Shown here piece by piece: positions 1 through 11,179 of a DNA stretch of 64,000 nt. The position numbers were made by a program, and so were the translations under genes. The notes beneath the pieces were generated by a model that saw only the letters and a list, made by a program, of their open reading frames with translations, was not told where the DNA came from and did not search any database. The stretch covers positions 124,001 to 188,000 of IMG/VR virus record IMGVR_UViG_3300024262_006558, one strand, 5' to 3'. Positions within the stretch are counted from its first letter, which is position 1, and each line of letters opens with the position of its first letter.

Positions 1-1608
<1,608 letters not shown>

Positions 1609-1678
1609 ATGTGGAAAAATTTGTTTTTCTGTTTAAAAAACTATAAATTCGCAATTAGAAGAAGTAAATTAAATACCT

Positions 1679-3250
1679 ATGAAGTTCAAAGAGTTAACTG
1701 AAGAAGATATATCTAAAATCAAAAAGATATACTTTGACAAGGAGATGAAATATGGAAAGAGAATTCAGATCATATCAGATTTTTTTGGAAAAGAAGAGCG
1801 ACAAACAAGAAAATGGCTAGTTAAACTAGGTATTAAAGAAAAAAAGGATGTAGATGAGCCAGAAGACTTTAAAAAAGCGAAAGGTAAACAAACAGATACT
1901 TCCAAAAAGAGATTTATAGTAACTTGGGCACAGAACGCCACCTCTATTCATCACGAATTCTTTCACTTAATAGAACATTACGCAAAAGATATAGATGCTG
2001 CAGTTCACGTAATTGCTGGAAGATATAGAAACCCAACCTCTTTATGGTCTCAAAACAGCGAGAGCGATGAATGGTGGGCTGATGAGGTTCTACCTTATTT
2101 AGACGCTGCTAGACATCCTGTGCATAAATATTGTCAAGTCTTATCTGATGTTAAGATATCTCCAACAGCAGTTAATCCAATGTCTGGATTAAATGGCCTA
2201 ACAGGACAGCAATCATGCATACTTGGTCATCCAAGAGTTCAAATGGAATCATTACCTTCTTTGAAAGGCGATTTCCCTAAATTGATGTTAACTACTGGAG
2301 CTTGTACATTAAAAAATTACACAGATTCTAAATCGGGCAAGAAAGGCGAATTTCACCACACTCTTGGTTTTGCTATAGTAGAAATTAAAGATGATGAAAC
2401 TTTCTTCGTAAGGCAAGTTACAGCAGACGATGACGGCAGTTTCATTGATTTCAATAGAAAACTTTACATCGATGAAGATGGGGAAGCTCAAGTTGAAATA
2501 GTTAAAGAAGTAGAGGCAGCTATCATGGGTGACCTTCACCTTGGGAAACATGATCCAGAAGTTTTAAAAGCAACTCAAAAGTTGTTTAAAAAACTTTCTC
2601 CTAAAAGAACTTTTATTCACGATATTTTTGATGGGGAATCCATTTCTCACCATGAAGAAAAGAATCCGATATTACAATATCAAAAAGAGGTAGAGAATCG
2701 AAATTCACTGAAGAAGGAAATCGATTACATGGTTGACTGGGCTAAAGATTGGAAGAAATACAACTTGATTGTAGTTCGTAGTAATCATGATGACTTTGTC
2801 GATCGATGGATTATAAATTCTGACTGGAAAAGAAATGTGAAAAACTCTATGGAATATATGGAGTATGCACAAGTTCTTTTGCAAGGAGAAAAAAGAGGAG
2901 TTATACCTTACGTGCTTGAGAAAAACTTTGGAGAAGATATACTTTGTCTTGGGAGAGACGAGTCATACAAAGTTGGGCCTTGGGAATTAGGGTATCATGG
3001 AGACCAGGGTTCTAATGGCTCAAGAGGTTCTCTTGAGCAGTTTAGAAAGCTAAACAGCAAAGTTGTTGTTGGCCACTACCACACTCCAGGCAGGAAAGAT
3101 GGAGCATTAGCTGTTGGTACTACTACATTCTTAAGAATTGGTTATAACCAAGGAGCTAGTGGTTGGCTAAATAGTCACGTTCTTATTCATGAGAATATGA
3201 AAGCTCAACATATACATATAATCAATGGAGAATTCACAACATTAAAATAA
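1679..3250 (+). CDS. Calcineurin-like metallophosphoesterase/nuclease, T5 A1-like, with N-terminal helical extension
   Basis: Metal motifs GDLH, HDIFDG, SNHD, YHGD and GHYH. The TTGACT..NY..K.EFHH block resembles phage A1-type proteins. Confidence 0.7.
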   Translation: MKFKELTEEDISKIKKIYFDKEMKYGKRIQIISDFFGKEERQTRKWLVKLGIKEKKDVDEPEDFKKAKGKQTDTSKKRFIVTWAQNATSIHHEFFHLIEHYAKDIDAAVHVIAGRYRNPTSLWSQNSESDEWWADEVLPYLDAARHPVHKYCQVLSDVKISPTAVNPMSGLNGLTGQQSCILGHPRVQMESLPSLKGDFPKLMLTTGACTLKNYTDSKSGKKGEFHHTLGFAIVEIKDDETFFVRQVTADDDGSFIDFNRKLYIDEDGEAQVEIVKEVEAAIMGDLHLGKHDPEVLKATQKLFKKLSPKRTFIHDIFDGESISHHEEKNPILQYQKEVENRNSLKKEIDYMVDWAKDWKKYNLIVVRSNHDDFVDRWIINSDWKRNVKNSMEYMEYAQVLLQGEKRGVIPYVLEKNFGEDILCLGRDESYKVGPWELGYHGDQGSNGSRGSLEQFRKLNSKVVVGHYHTPGRKDGALAVGTTTFLRIGYNQGASGWLNSHVLIHENMKAQHIHIINGEFTTLK

Positions 3251-3256
3251 GCGAAA

Positions 3257-4099
3257 ATGAAAACAATAGGAATATCTATAGATGGAGTAATAATGGATTA
3301 TTTAGGTCAATTTGATCAAATATACAAAAAAAGCTTCATATTCAATCCTGGCCTAATGGAGGCTGAGGATAAAGTAAAAGATGGCGTGTTAACCGCAAAA
3401 GAGATAGAGGAAGAGGCTAGATTGAAAAAACAGTCTGAAATTAAAGCTAAGATAGATAAGCTTATCACTAAGCCAATTGAGTCTCCTGACTTAACAAATC
3501 ACTACTCTTTCGACAATATGATAAAGGACCCTTTTTGGGCTCCAGACGTAATTGATGTGTTTGATGAAAACTCAACAGATCCAGATAAGTTATTAGTTCC
3601 AATGGATACTTATGAGCAAAAAGAGACTAATTATTTAGATCCTCAAAAAGCCTATGACTATTTCAGATTTGATGAAAGACCTATGGAGTTATACGCTCAA
3701 GCTCCTGCTGTAGAAGGAGCTATAATGGCTTTCCACAAACTTCAACAAGCTGGACAGCAAACAGGGTTATTTAATGTGGTTTTACTGTCTACTTTGAAAA
3801 GTAAAGCGATCACTGCAACATATAGTTTCTTAGGACTTAATGGAGTTAGAGCCAGATCTCTTGAGTTCGTAGCTGAAGACTATGATAAGTGGGACAAATG
3901 CGACATATTAATAGATGTAATGCCTGAAGCATTGCAATCTGTAGAGCCAGGTAAAATGGTTATAAAAATCGAAAACTCCTTTAATAAATGGGATGATGTA
4001 GAGCACTCATATCCTAATTTAAGAGCCGTTGAAAAAGATCGAAAACTCTTTAAAATCATCGAAGAATTTTGTAAATTAGAGGTAGAGAAAGTTGATTAA
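3257..4099 (+). CDS. HAD-superfamily 5'(3')-nucleotidase-like protein (first catalytic Asp replaced by Ser)
   Basis: N-terminal IGISIDGV (cf. IGIDIDGV) and C-terminal DILIDV. Confidence 0.6.
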   Translation: MKTIGISIDGVIMDYLGQFDQIYKKSFIFNPGLMEAEDKVKDGVLTAKEIEEEARLKKQSEIKAKIDKLITKPIESPDLTNHYSFDNMIKDPFWAPDVIDVFDENSTDPDKLLVPMDTYEQKETNYLDPQKAYDYFRFDERPMELYAQAPAVEGAIMAFHKLQQAGQQTGLFNVVLLSTLKSKAITATYSFLGLNGVRARSLEFVAEDYDKWDKCDILIDVMPEALQSVEPGKMVIKIENSFNKWDDVEHSYPNLRAVEKDRKLFKIIEEFCKLEVEKVD

Positions 4100-4166
4100 T
4101 TATGAAACAATTAATTATTATTTTCGTTAAAGATAAAAAGTAATTACAATAAAAAATTATATAACT

Positions 4167-4535
4167 ATGAAAAGTATAAAACCAGGATCAGTCTATGTAG
4201 CAGGATCAATTCATGGAACAAAAGATCAAGAGATTGTGTTCATGGACAAGCAGACTAACAGGCAATTCCATGAAGAAAAGGCTGGCTTAGAATTACCCGA
4301 CTATTTCTTTGAAACTATAGATGTTGATCCTGATGATTATGCTGTGACTCAAGATGGAACCTCAAATGAGGAATTGTTGAAGATTTTAATCGATAGAACT
4401 GAAATCCTTAATGAGAATGTTGAGTGTTCTGAAAACACTGATGCTATCTATCACATGCAACAAGCTCTTGACGCGTTCAGAAGCAGAACTTCTGATAGAA
4501 GATCACGTGGAGTACAAAGCACTACTGTGGCTTAA
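4167..4535 (+). CDS. Tad1-like anti-defence (immune-signal sponge) protein
   Basis: DGTSNEELLKILIDR...CSENTDAIYHMQQALDAFRSRTSDRRSRGVQST aligns by eye with the Tad1 helical hairpin (G...LLEIVRDRL...[33 protein letters not shown]). Confidence 0.72.
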   Translation: MKSIKPGSVYVAGSIHGTKDQEIVFMDKQTNRQFHEEKAGLELPDYFFETIDVDPDDYAVTQDGTSNEELLKILIDRTEILNENVECSENTDAIYHMQQALDAFRSRTSDRRSRGVQSTTVA

Positions 4536-4569
4536 TATCCACATTTCACCTCAAGCAAGGTATGGTATT

Positions 4570-4600
4570 AAAAAAAGGGGAACATTTGTTCCCCTTTTTT
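4570..4600. terminator. Intrinsic (probably bidirectional) terminator
   Basis: AAAAAAAGGGGAACA-TT-TGTTCCCCTTTTTT perfect hairpin with A/T tracts on either side. Confidence 0.85.
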
Positions 4601-4696
4601 ATTTTTATTTATCTTTTTATTTATCTTTTTCTTTATAATCTCGTTCTTGGTTATTATATTTTTTCTAATTAATAACTTAAATTTTAAACAAAGATT

Positions 4697-5974
4697 ATGG
4701 CGGAAGTTGTAGAAAAAACAGAAACCACACAAGAAGGTCAAAATACTGTTAAGACACCTGCTCAGGTGTTGGAAGCTTTGGAAGGGAACAAATTTAATAT
4801 ATATTTCTTCTCCCCAGGCATAGACGGACCTAGTGGTGGAATGGGCGTGTTATTTAAACAAGCTTTAATACTTAAAGAGGCTGGATATAATGTAACAATA
4901 TTATATCAACCAACAGTTGATAAAAGAGCTACAGCTCAATTTAGACAAGCTGCTGCTCAGCAAGGTAAGACGGATGATCAAACAATCATTTTCTTTAAAC
5001 ATAATCCAAGATGGATGGAGTTTAGTCTTTTTGAAACCGTAGAGAATGAAAAAGGAGTTAAAGAAGAAAGAAGTATTGTAGATTTCATCCCATTAGGTGA
5101 AGGGACTATGAGATTCAGCGATGGGACAGTTGAGGAAGCTCAAAACCTAAACCTTAACACTGAAGATTTCTTAATCATACCTGAGGGTTTCCCAAACATC
5201 ATGCAGGAAACAATGCATGCTCCTTGTAAAAGAATTGTACTGGCTCAAAGTTGGATTTATATCCTTAATGCTTTAGCTCCAGGGCAAAAATGGAATACGT
5301 TTGGTATCACTGATGCTATATCTGTTTCAGACGGAATTACAGAATATCTATCTTCAATAATGCCTCAAGTAAAAGTGAAGCAATACTCACAAAGCATTAA
5401 TAGAGAAATATTTAATGCACCAGATAATCTTAGTGATAAATTCCCTATGATAGCTTACTCAGCAGGTAGAGGGCAAGATTCTGAAATGAAGATTAACAAC
5501 GTCATTAGAAACTTTCAAGAGTGGTATCCACAATACAAATTTTTCAGATTCATGAAGTTGAATGATCTTTCTCGAAAAGAGTATGCTGAAAGACTTAAAA
5601 GCTGTTGTATTGCATTATACACAGATGATATTGCTGGATTTGGAACATTACCTTTAGAGGCGATGGCTAGCGGAACTCACGTAGTAGGATGGACTCCGTT
5701 TGGAGGAAAAGAATACATTAACAAAGCTGAAGGAGAAGAATTACACAACGGATTCTGGGCTAATAATGGGGATGTTTTCAACTTATCCGAAGTGTTAGGT
5801 GTCGCTGTTGACAAATGGGTTAACGGAGAGCTGGATGGAGAAGAGCTTCAGGAAGCATATGATAAAACTCTTAGTAGATATACTGATGAGAAAGAAAACT
5901 CAAGAATTTTAGATCTTTATAACGAATACAAAACTGAAAGAATAAATGAAATTAAAGGACTTCAAGCAAAGTAA
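4697..5974 (+). CDS. GT-B (GT4-like) glycosyltransferase
   Basis: PSGGMGVLFKQALILKEAGYNV N-terminal motif, IIPE, and C-terminal GFGTLPLEAMASGTHVVG. Confidence 0.85.
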   Translation: MAEVVEKTETTQEGQNTVKTPAQVLEALEGNKFNIYFFSPGIDGPSGGMGVLFKQALILKEAGYNVTILYQPTVDKRATAQFRQAAAQQGKTDDQTIIFFKHNPRWMEFSLFETVENEKGVKEERSIVDFIPLGEGTMRFSDGTVEEAQNLNLNTEDFLIIPEGFPNIMQETMHAPCKRIVLAQSWIYILNALAPGQKWNTFGITDAISVSDGITEYLSSIMPQVKVKQYSQSINREIFNAPDNLSDKFPMIAYSAGRGQDSEMKINNVIRNFQEWYPQYKFFRFMKLNDLSRKEYAERLKSCCIALYTDDIAGFGTLPLEAMASGTHVVGWTPFGGKEYINKAEGEELHNGFWANNGDVFNLSEVLGVAVDKWVNGELDGEELQEAYDKTLSRYTDEKENSRILDLYNEYKTERINEIKGLQAK

Positions 5975-6896
5975 TATCCTTGTAGGATTATACATTGACG
6001 AACAGGCTATTCAAAATGATAAGCAGTTCAACAACACAATATACAGCGTTACTAAACAAAAAGGTGTCCAGCCAGACTTAATCGTTTTTCATAGCGGTTT
6101 AGGTAAGGATGAACTTAAGCAAGTTGAAAATACTCTTAAAGACCCAAAGGCTACCTATGTTAAAACTAACGCTTCAGGAGCAAGAGAAGAAAAAGAGGAT
6201 AGTATAGAAAGTGGTGAATCTATTAACTACAAGTTAGTCGACACTAAATCTAAGTATTTTGCAGAACTCTTCAATGAGTTATTTTCTTACGCTCTTGATA
6301 ATGAATACGAATTTTTTTCAATAATGGAGCAAGAAGATGTTTTTGCGCTTCACTGGTTTAAGTATGTTCAAAAATATGCTGACGAGAAAAAAGATGTGGG
6401 AGTATTTGCTCCACTTATGAGACATACCGTAAATTCAATATTCCAAGGGATCATTAATGAAATTCCATGGGTTGAAGGTATTGCTGAAGAAGCTGGTGTT
6501 ACAGATAGCAACATTCTTTTGAAAGCTGAGACTGCAATCAATATACTAGGTTGCGCGTTCAGAGTCAGTGAATTAGTTGAACATCTACCTGAGGGAGAAA
6601 ATGGAGGTTATACACCTATGAAAGAAAGCATGAAGCTAGTTAATGCTTATGAATTCTTTTTAAGAATCATCTATGATGCTATTAAGATCTACACAATTCC
6701 TAGAAATGGATATGAGCTTAACTTGATAATCAAAAGTGAGCACAACCCGCTTTCATCAAAGATACCAAGTAACATTACCCAGATTCCAGCGGAAAAGGGT
6801 GGAATTACACAACAAGAAGCTAAATTTTACATTGACCTTGCCCGTAAAGAGTACTTTTTTCCAGAGGATAGGAATATCGTCTTTGAAGGTGCATAA
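5946..6896 (+). CDS. GT-A (GT2-like) glycosyltransferase, divergent
   Basis: TIYSVTKQ, FN, EFFSIMEQED (DxD position), YEFFLRI..IYTIP pattern of the GT-A fold; overlaps the GT4 gene. Confidence 0.6.
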   Translation: MKLKDFKQSNILVGLYIDEQAIQNDKQFNNTIYSVTKQKGVQPDLIVFHSGLGKDELKQVENTLKDPKATYVKTNASGAREEKEDSIESGESINYKLVDTKSKYFAELFNELFSYALDNEYEFFSIMEQEDVFALHWFKYVQKYADEKKDVGVFAPLMRHTVNSIFQGIINEIPWVEGIAEEAGVTDSNILLKAETAINILGCAFRVSELVEHLPEGENGGYTPMKESMKLVNAYEFFLRIIYDAIKIYTIPRNGYELNLIIKSEHNPLSSKIPSNITQIPAEKGGITQQEAKFYIDLARKEYFFPEDRNIVFEGA

Positions 6897-6910
6897 ACAT
6901 AACGAGCATA

Positions 6911-7783
6911 ATGGGAAATAATAAAGATTCAGAAAAACTAAAGCACTTCATAGAAGATGATTTTAGTTTTTCGGATTCCCAAAAGGTTTATTGGACAAAG
7001 CAAGAAGAAGATGCTGTAGTGGAATACTTATGGCTTGATGAAACTTGGTTAAACAATAAAATTAGATGGGAATACGAAGAGGCAACTAAAACAAGTAGGG
7101 ATCCAGATTTGGATTTTATTTTCACTTTTGAAAATTTAAGCAAAGACGCAAGTCGACCTGAAAATAAATTAGTTAAAGATAAGATTTTTAGAGATAAATT
7201 AGAGAAGCCTTTATCTAAACTTGTGGAGAACATAGTTTTTAGATACAAACTTTTTAGAGGGGATATAGATGTAAAAACATTGCAAATAGATTCAATGTCT
7301 TTTATTCTAACTAAATTTGCTAATTTCAAACCCTCACAAAACAATAAGTCTTACTCTTATTTCGGAACCATAGTAAAGCATTACTTAATTGGTGAGAAAA
7401 AAGATAACCACAAGCACCAGACGTCTAATTGTGACTACGAAAATCACAAAGAAGAAGTTAACGCTTTGAGAAGTTATGAGCTTGGAGATGAGAATCATTT
7501 AGATGAGTCCTCTAAACTTTTTAAATATGTGGTTGACGAAATGAAAAGAGAATTAGAGAAAACAAGCCTATCTGATAATGATAGAAATGTTGGCCATGCT
7601 ATTATCAATATATTTGAAAATCATGAGAACTTCCTATCAAAAGATTCATATAGCAAAAACATATTGTATCAACTTATTAAAGAATATACAAGTTTGCAAA
7701 CTAAGGATATAACTTATTCCTTAAGTCGATTTAAAGTTCTTTACAAAGTCATCAAACAGAACTTCATTAGAGATAGCAAATAA
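6911..7783 (+). CDS. Phage late-transcription sigma factor (T4 gp55-like, region 2)
   Basis: KLVENIVFRY...LTKFANFKPSQNNKSYSYFGTIVKHYLI resembles the sigma region 2 motif of gp55-like factors; lies just before the virion operons. Confidence 0.7.
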   Translation: MGNNKDSEKLKHFIEDDFSFSDSQKVYWTKQEEDAVVEYLWLDETWLNNKIRWEYEEATKTSRDPDLDFIFTFENLSKDASRPENKLVKDKIFRDKLEKPLSKLVENIVFRYKLFRGDIDVKTLQIDSMSFILTKFANFKPSQNNKSYSYFGTIVKHYLIGEKKDNHKHQTSNCDYENHKEEVNALRSYELGDENHLDESSKLFKYVVDEMKRELEKTSLSDNDRNVGHAIINIFENHENFLSKDSYSKNILYQLIKEYTSLQTKDITYSLSRFKVLYKVIKQNFIRDSK

Positions 7784-7801
7784 TAAGTTTTTTTGCTATT
7801 C

Positions 7802-7808
7802 TATTTAT
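7802..7808 (+). promoter_or_regulatory. Putative late promoter TATTTAT
   Basis: Motif recurs on the coding strand upstream of virion operons. Confidence 0.6.
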
Positions 7809-7828
7809 TAATAAACAACTGAATAGCT

Positions 7829-8281
7829 ATGTCTGAAGAAAAGAAAAGCATACCTAACATATCCAAAGATGTGTATATCGAAATGTTAAATGAGATATAC
7901 ACTAAAATTTCCGAGGAAAGAGATATGTCAATAGATAGGTATAGATATCAGGATGAACAGATGCAGAATGCTGATGATTTTATCCTACAAGGAAAGAATG
8001 CGATTTCTTTCCTTAACCACGCATCGAATAGAACTGATGCTTTATTTGGTATAAGTAAAGAATTAAAGTCTATTGTATACAAAGATGGTAGCGATGACGC
8101 TAACACTCCAGGAGGATCAGCTATGAGCGACGATAAAAGAAGAGCTTTAGCTGATATAGTTAAGCAATCTCAAACTTCAGTAGATAACAGTGATGACATC
8201 GAACATGATGAAGACCTTATAAATGACGTTCCTCTTGATAGAGATGAAATAGATTTAGACTCAGAAGAAGACGATAAGTAA
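7829..8281 (+). CDS. Hypothetical helical protein with acidic C-terminus
   Basis: 150-aa ORF, TAATG-coupled to the next gene. Confidence 0.6.
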   Translation: MSEEKKSIPNISKDVYIEMLNEIYTKISEERDMSIDRYRYQDEQMQNADDFILQGKNAISFLNHASNRTDALFGISKELKSIVYKDGSDDANTPGGSAMSDDKRRALADIVKQSQTSVDNSDDIEHDEDLINDVPLDRDEIDLDSEEDDK

Positions 8282-9522
8282 TGGCATTTCAACCTACTGT
8301 AAACGCAACTCTTACAGCGTCTCAAAATGAATTAACGTCTAAGTTAGGGTCTATGAAAAACCTTCTTAGCCTAAGTTTTCGCGTCCCTAAAAGCATACCT
8401 AAAGATCAACAAGTATCCACTTTTGATTATCTAATAAAAATCATCAAACTTTTAGGGTATGATCCTCAGATATTTTTCCTACAATTCATAGAACTGGTAT
8501 TTGATGAGGCTGGAGATTTTTTAGAGCAACAAGTGTTTACCGCTATTGGAGCGGCTCTTGATAGCAAGGGAATAAAAATATCAGAAAGCAAAAGTAATGC
8601 TGACGTAATTAGAGATTCGGTTCCAGCAACATTTTTACAGCCTTTTAAAGAAGCTATGGCTAAGCAATTAGTTATGATGGTATTCGGACCAAAGGAAAGC
8701 GCGGGATCAATTGCTCTAGTTCCAGATGCGAATTTAAGAGAAAAAGCTTTTGCTGATGCAATATGCGGCAGCAACATGTTTACCTTATCAAATAATCCAA
8801 CTGTTAGAAATGAAGATATTGAATACAATAGAGTCAGGTTAAAACAGCAATTGGAGAAGGGGGAAGTTCAATTTGAAATAAATTGTCAGAGCGTTAAGAT
8901 AAAATTACCAGAAGACCCTTTAGTTTTTTTTGGATCTGGAGGACCAAATAGTCAACAAAGTAGACCTATAACACCAGCTCAAAGTATAGCATCTGTTATT
9001 AACCATGTTTCTAATCAGGTGCAGAATATTAATAATGAGAAAAATGCAAAATCAGCAGGTAAGTCTTTTTCAGAAATATTAGTAGGTAAATTAATGAGCT
9101 ATATTAGTAGTATGGTCTTTCCTTATGTAGGACCTATATTTGACTTTCTATCTACGCAGCCTGAGACATCTCTATTAACTCCAGAGAATGTTTTATACAA
9201 TAATTGCGCTATAGAATCTAATCCGAGAAATAGTGAACAAAAATCATTCTCTTCTAGCTTAATTAACAATTTATATATCGCTCTAGTTAGGATATTATTA
9301 ATTTTTGTAATAAGAGAATTTAAGAAATTAGTCAGTAATTATTTTGCTACTACAGCTAGAGAAAAAGCTAGAAGAAAAGCAGAAAAGTTAAGAGCTAAAT
9401 TTGCTCTAATGACTGGAGGCTCAGCAAATGCTGCAGAGTCTGCTAGAAAAGCCTCTAGGTATGCAAAGGCAGCTAGATCACTGCAGAGCATTTTAGGTGG
9501 AAACACTTCTGGTATACCTTAA
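8281..9522 (+). CDS. Hypothetical protein, probably virion/baseplate associated
   Basis: 413-aa ORF in the operon leading to the gp5-like gene. Confidence 0.55.
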   Translation: MAFQPTVNATLTASQNELTSKLGSMKNLLSLSFRVPKSIPKDQQVSTFDYLIKIIKLLGYDPQIFFLQFIELVFDEAGDFLEQQVFTAIGAALDSKGIKISESKSNADVIRDSVPATFLQPFKEAMAKQLVMMVFGPKESAGSIALVPDANLREKAFADAICGSNMFTLSNNPTVRNEDIEYNRVRLKQQLEKGEVQFEINCQSVKIKLPEDPLVFFGSGGPNSQQSRPITPAQSIASVINHVSNQVQNINNEKNAKSAGKSFSEILVGKLMSYISSMVFPYVGPIFDFLSTQPETSLLTPENVLYNNCAIESNPRNSEQKSFSSSLINNLYIALVRILLIFVIREFKKLVSNYFATTAREKARRKAEKLRAKFALMTGGSANAAESARKASRYAKAARSLQSILGGNTSGIP

Positions 9523-9535
9523 AAATTAAATTTAA

Positions 9536-9542
9536 TATTTAT
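9536..9542 (+). promoter_or_regulatory. Putative late promoter TATTTAT, 4 nt before ATG
   Basis: TATTTAT-ATAC-ATG. Confidence 0.5.
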
Positions 9543-9546
9543 ATAC

Positions 9547-9963
9547 ATGGGGATAATCACAATAAAGCCAGAAGCTAATAAGTCTGAAGAAGTAGCGGAT
9601 TTTCTTTTATTTTTAATAAGAGAGAATAGAATTGAATTTCCAAAACTATCTTTATTTCAATTGCTTTTAGCAAAAACAAGACCTGGACTGAGTTCTGAAC
9701 TTATATCATCCAGTATCATTTCTAGATTCGATGAAGCAGGTATACCTAAAGGGCCTTTAGTTGGAGGAGCTCCTAATGTAATGGAAAACTTCACTAAAAT
9801 TATTGCTGAGGAATTTGTATCAGCTATACAAGATGATATGAGGGTGGACATTGCGGTCGACACTGGAATCACAGTACAAGCAAGCGGGGCTAATGCGGGT
9901 GGGCCAGTAGTTGCTATAGGTTCATCAATTGCACCTCACACAGGAATAGGGGTAGCGAGTTAA
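9547..9963 (+). CDS. Hypothetical baseplate-region protein
   Basis: 138 aa with Gly-rich C-terminus (GANAGGPV); upstream of the spike gene. Confidence 0.5.
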   Translation: MGIITIKPEANKSEEVADFLLFLIRENRIEFPKLSLFQLLLAKTRPGLSSELISSSIISRFDEAGIPKGPLVGGAPNVMENFTKIIAEEFVSAIQDDMRVDIAVDTGITVQASGANAGGPVVAIGSSIAPHTGIGVAS

Positions 9964-10202
9964 TGAAAAGGCCAAGTAAAGAAATATTAAAAGAGATGCA
10001 AGAATTAGCCGACAAGTTTCATAAACTTGAGGGTGAAGTGGAAATTCTTCTAGGTATGGGTGAGGATGTGGAGGATGTGTCTAGCCATAAAAATCAGGAA
10101 ACAATTGCAGGGATTATCGATGCTGTAGACATTGTTATGAAGGAAATAGAAGATCTAGAAGAAGAGTATAACAAAAGAGCAAGAGAGCTAAAAGGTGTAT
10201 AA
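9963..10202 (+). CDS. Small coiled-coil hypothetical protein
   Basis: 79 aa; TAATG coupling on both sides. Confidence 0.6.
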   Translation: MKRPSKEILKEMQELADKFHKLEGEVEILLGMGEDVEDVSSHKNQETIAGIIDAVDIVMKEIEDLEEEYNKRARELKGV

Positions 10203-11179
10203 TGGGATTTTTCGGACAATCAAATAGTTTATTAAACATGAATGGCCAAGGGCAAGGATTGTCCTCTGATGGAAATCAGGCAGCTAGAAATGTATACCCA
10301 GCCATTGTAATTAGTAATCAAGATCCAGCGGGTCAAAATAGGATTGTAGCCAGAATAGTATCTTTAGATCAAAATGGTGAAATAAACGGAGGTAGAGATA
10401 GAGACAAGAGAGATGAAGATCTCCCTTTCTGCAATCCAATGGTTCCTGAATTTTTGCATGTTCGCCCATTAGAAGGTGAAATGGTAATGATTATGCTTGA
10501 GAATCCAAGCGACAATTCTGCCCCTAGATATTGGATGGGCCCAGTTATCACCTCTCAACTAAAGCTAAAATACCAAGCGTATAAAGATGCAAATGACTCT
10601 TTTAAAAGAACAACTTTTTTTGGAGATAAGAATTTACAATCAAACCCAGACGCTTTTGATTTGGTGCCGCAACAAGCGGATATAGCAATTCAAGGCAGGG
10701 ATGATGCTGATTTAATTTTAAGACCTAGAACCGCTATACTTACAGCTGGTAAATTTGAGCCTGGAACTTTAGACCCAAATATAACTACGCCCTGCAGCAT
10801 TACAATCAAACAGATAGATGCAGTTGTTAATGAAAAAGATGAAGAAATAGCTCCTAGATTTTCACAATCAAATATATATTCTACTAGTATTAATTTATGG
10901 TCTCCAAATGGTAAATTTAGAAACAAAGCTGTTGGTGAAAAATTAGAATCCGCTAATGACGCTCTTGAATATTTAGGGGAACTAGCTAATACTCTACACC
11001 CAGTGCCATTCGGAGATGAATTAGTGAGATTGCTTGACGTAATAGTTAGAGTCATGCTAAATCATGTACACCACCCTCAAACAGCTCTTCTTGAAACAGA
11101 AGACTCTAACACTCTATCAGAATACACTTTAGATGGAAGGCTTCAAGAATTGCTTTCTAAATTTGTTAGAGTCAATTAA
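10202..11179 (+). CDS. Baseplate central spike/hub (gp5/VgrG/gpV OB-fold)
   Basis: AIVISNQDPAGQNRIVARI...RPLEGEMVMI...RYWMGP OB-fold motif, QGR, and C-terminal HVHHP. Confidence 0.8.
   Translation: MGFFGQSNSLLNMNGQGQGLSSDGNQAARNVYPAIVISNQDPAGQNRIVARIVSLDQNGEINGGRDRDKRDEDLPFCNPMVPEFLHVRPLEGEMVMIMLENPSDNSAPRYWMGPVITSQLKLKYQAYKDANDSFKRTTFFGDKNLQSNPDAFDLVPQQADIAIQGRDDADLILRPRTAILTAGKFEPGTLDPNITTPCSITIKQIDAVVNEKDEEIAPRFSQSNIYSTSINLWSPNGKFRNKAVGEKLESANDALEYLGELANTLHPVPFGDELVRLLDVIVRVMLNHVHHPQTALLETEDSNTLSEYTLDGRLQELLSKFVRVN

Noticed and set aside
4606-4624. TATTTAT copies after the 4570 terminator (and one overlapping ATG 45924)
   Set aside because: The first lie in a T-rich low-complexity tract and the other overlaps the start codon; both were treated as chance matches.
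4411-4638. 75-aa ORF overlapping the Tad1-like gene
   Set aside because: It runs through the terminator hairpin and T-rich tract and is probably spurious.
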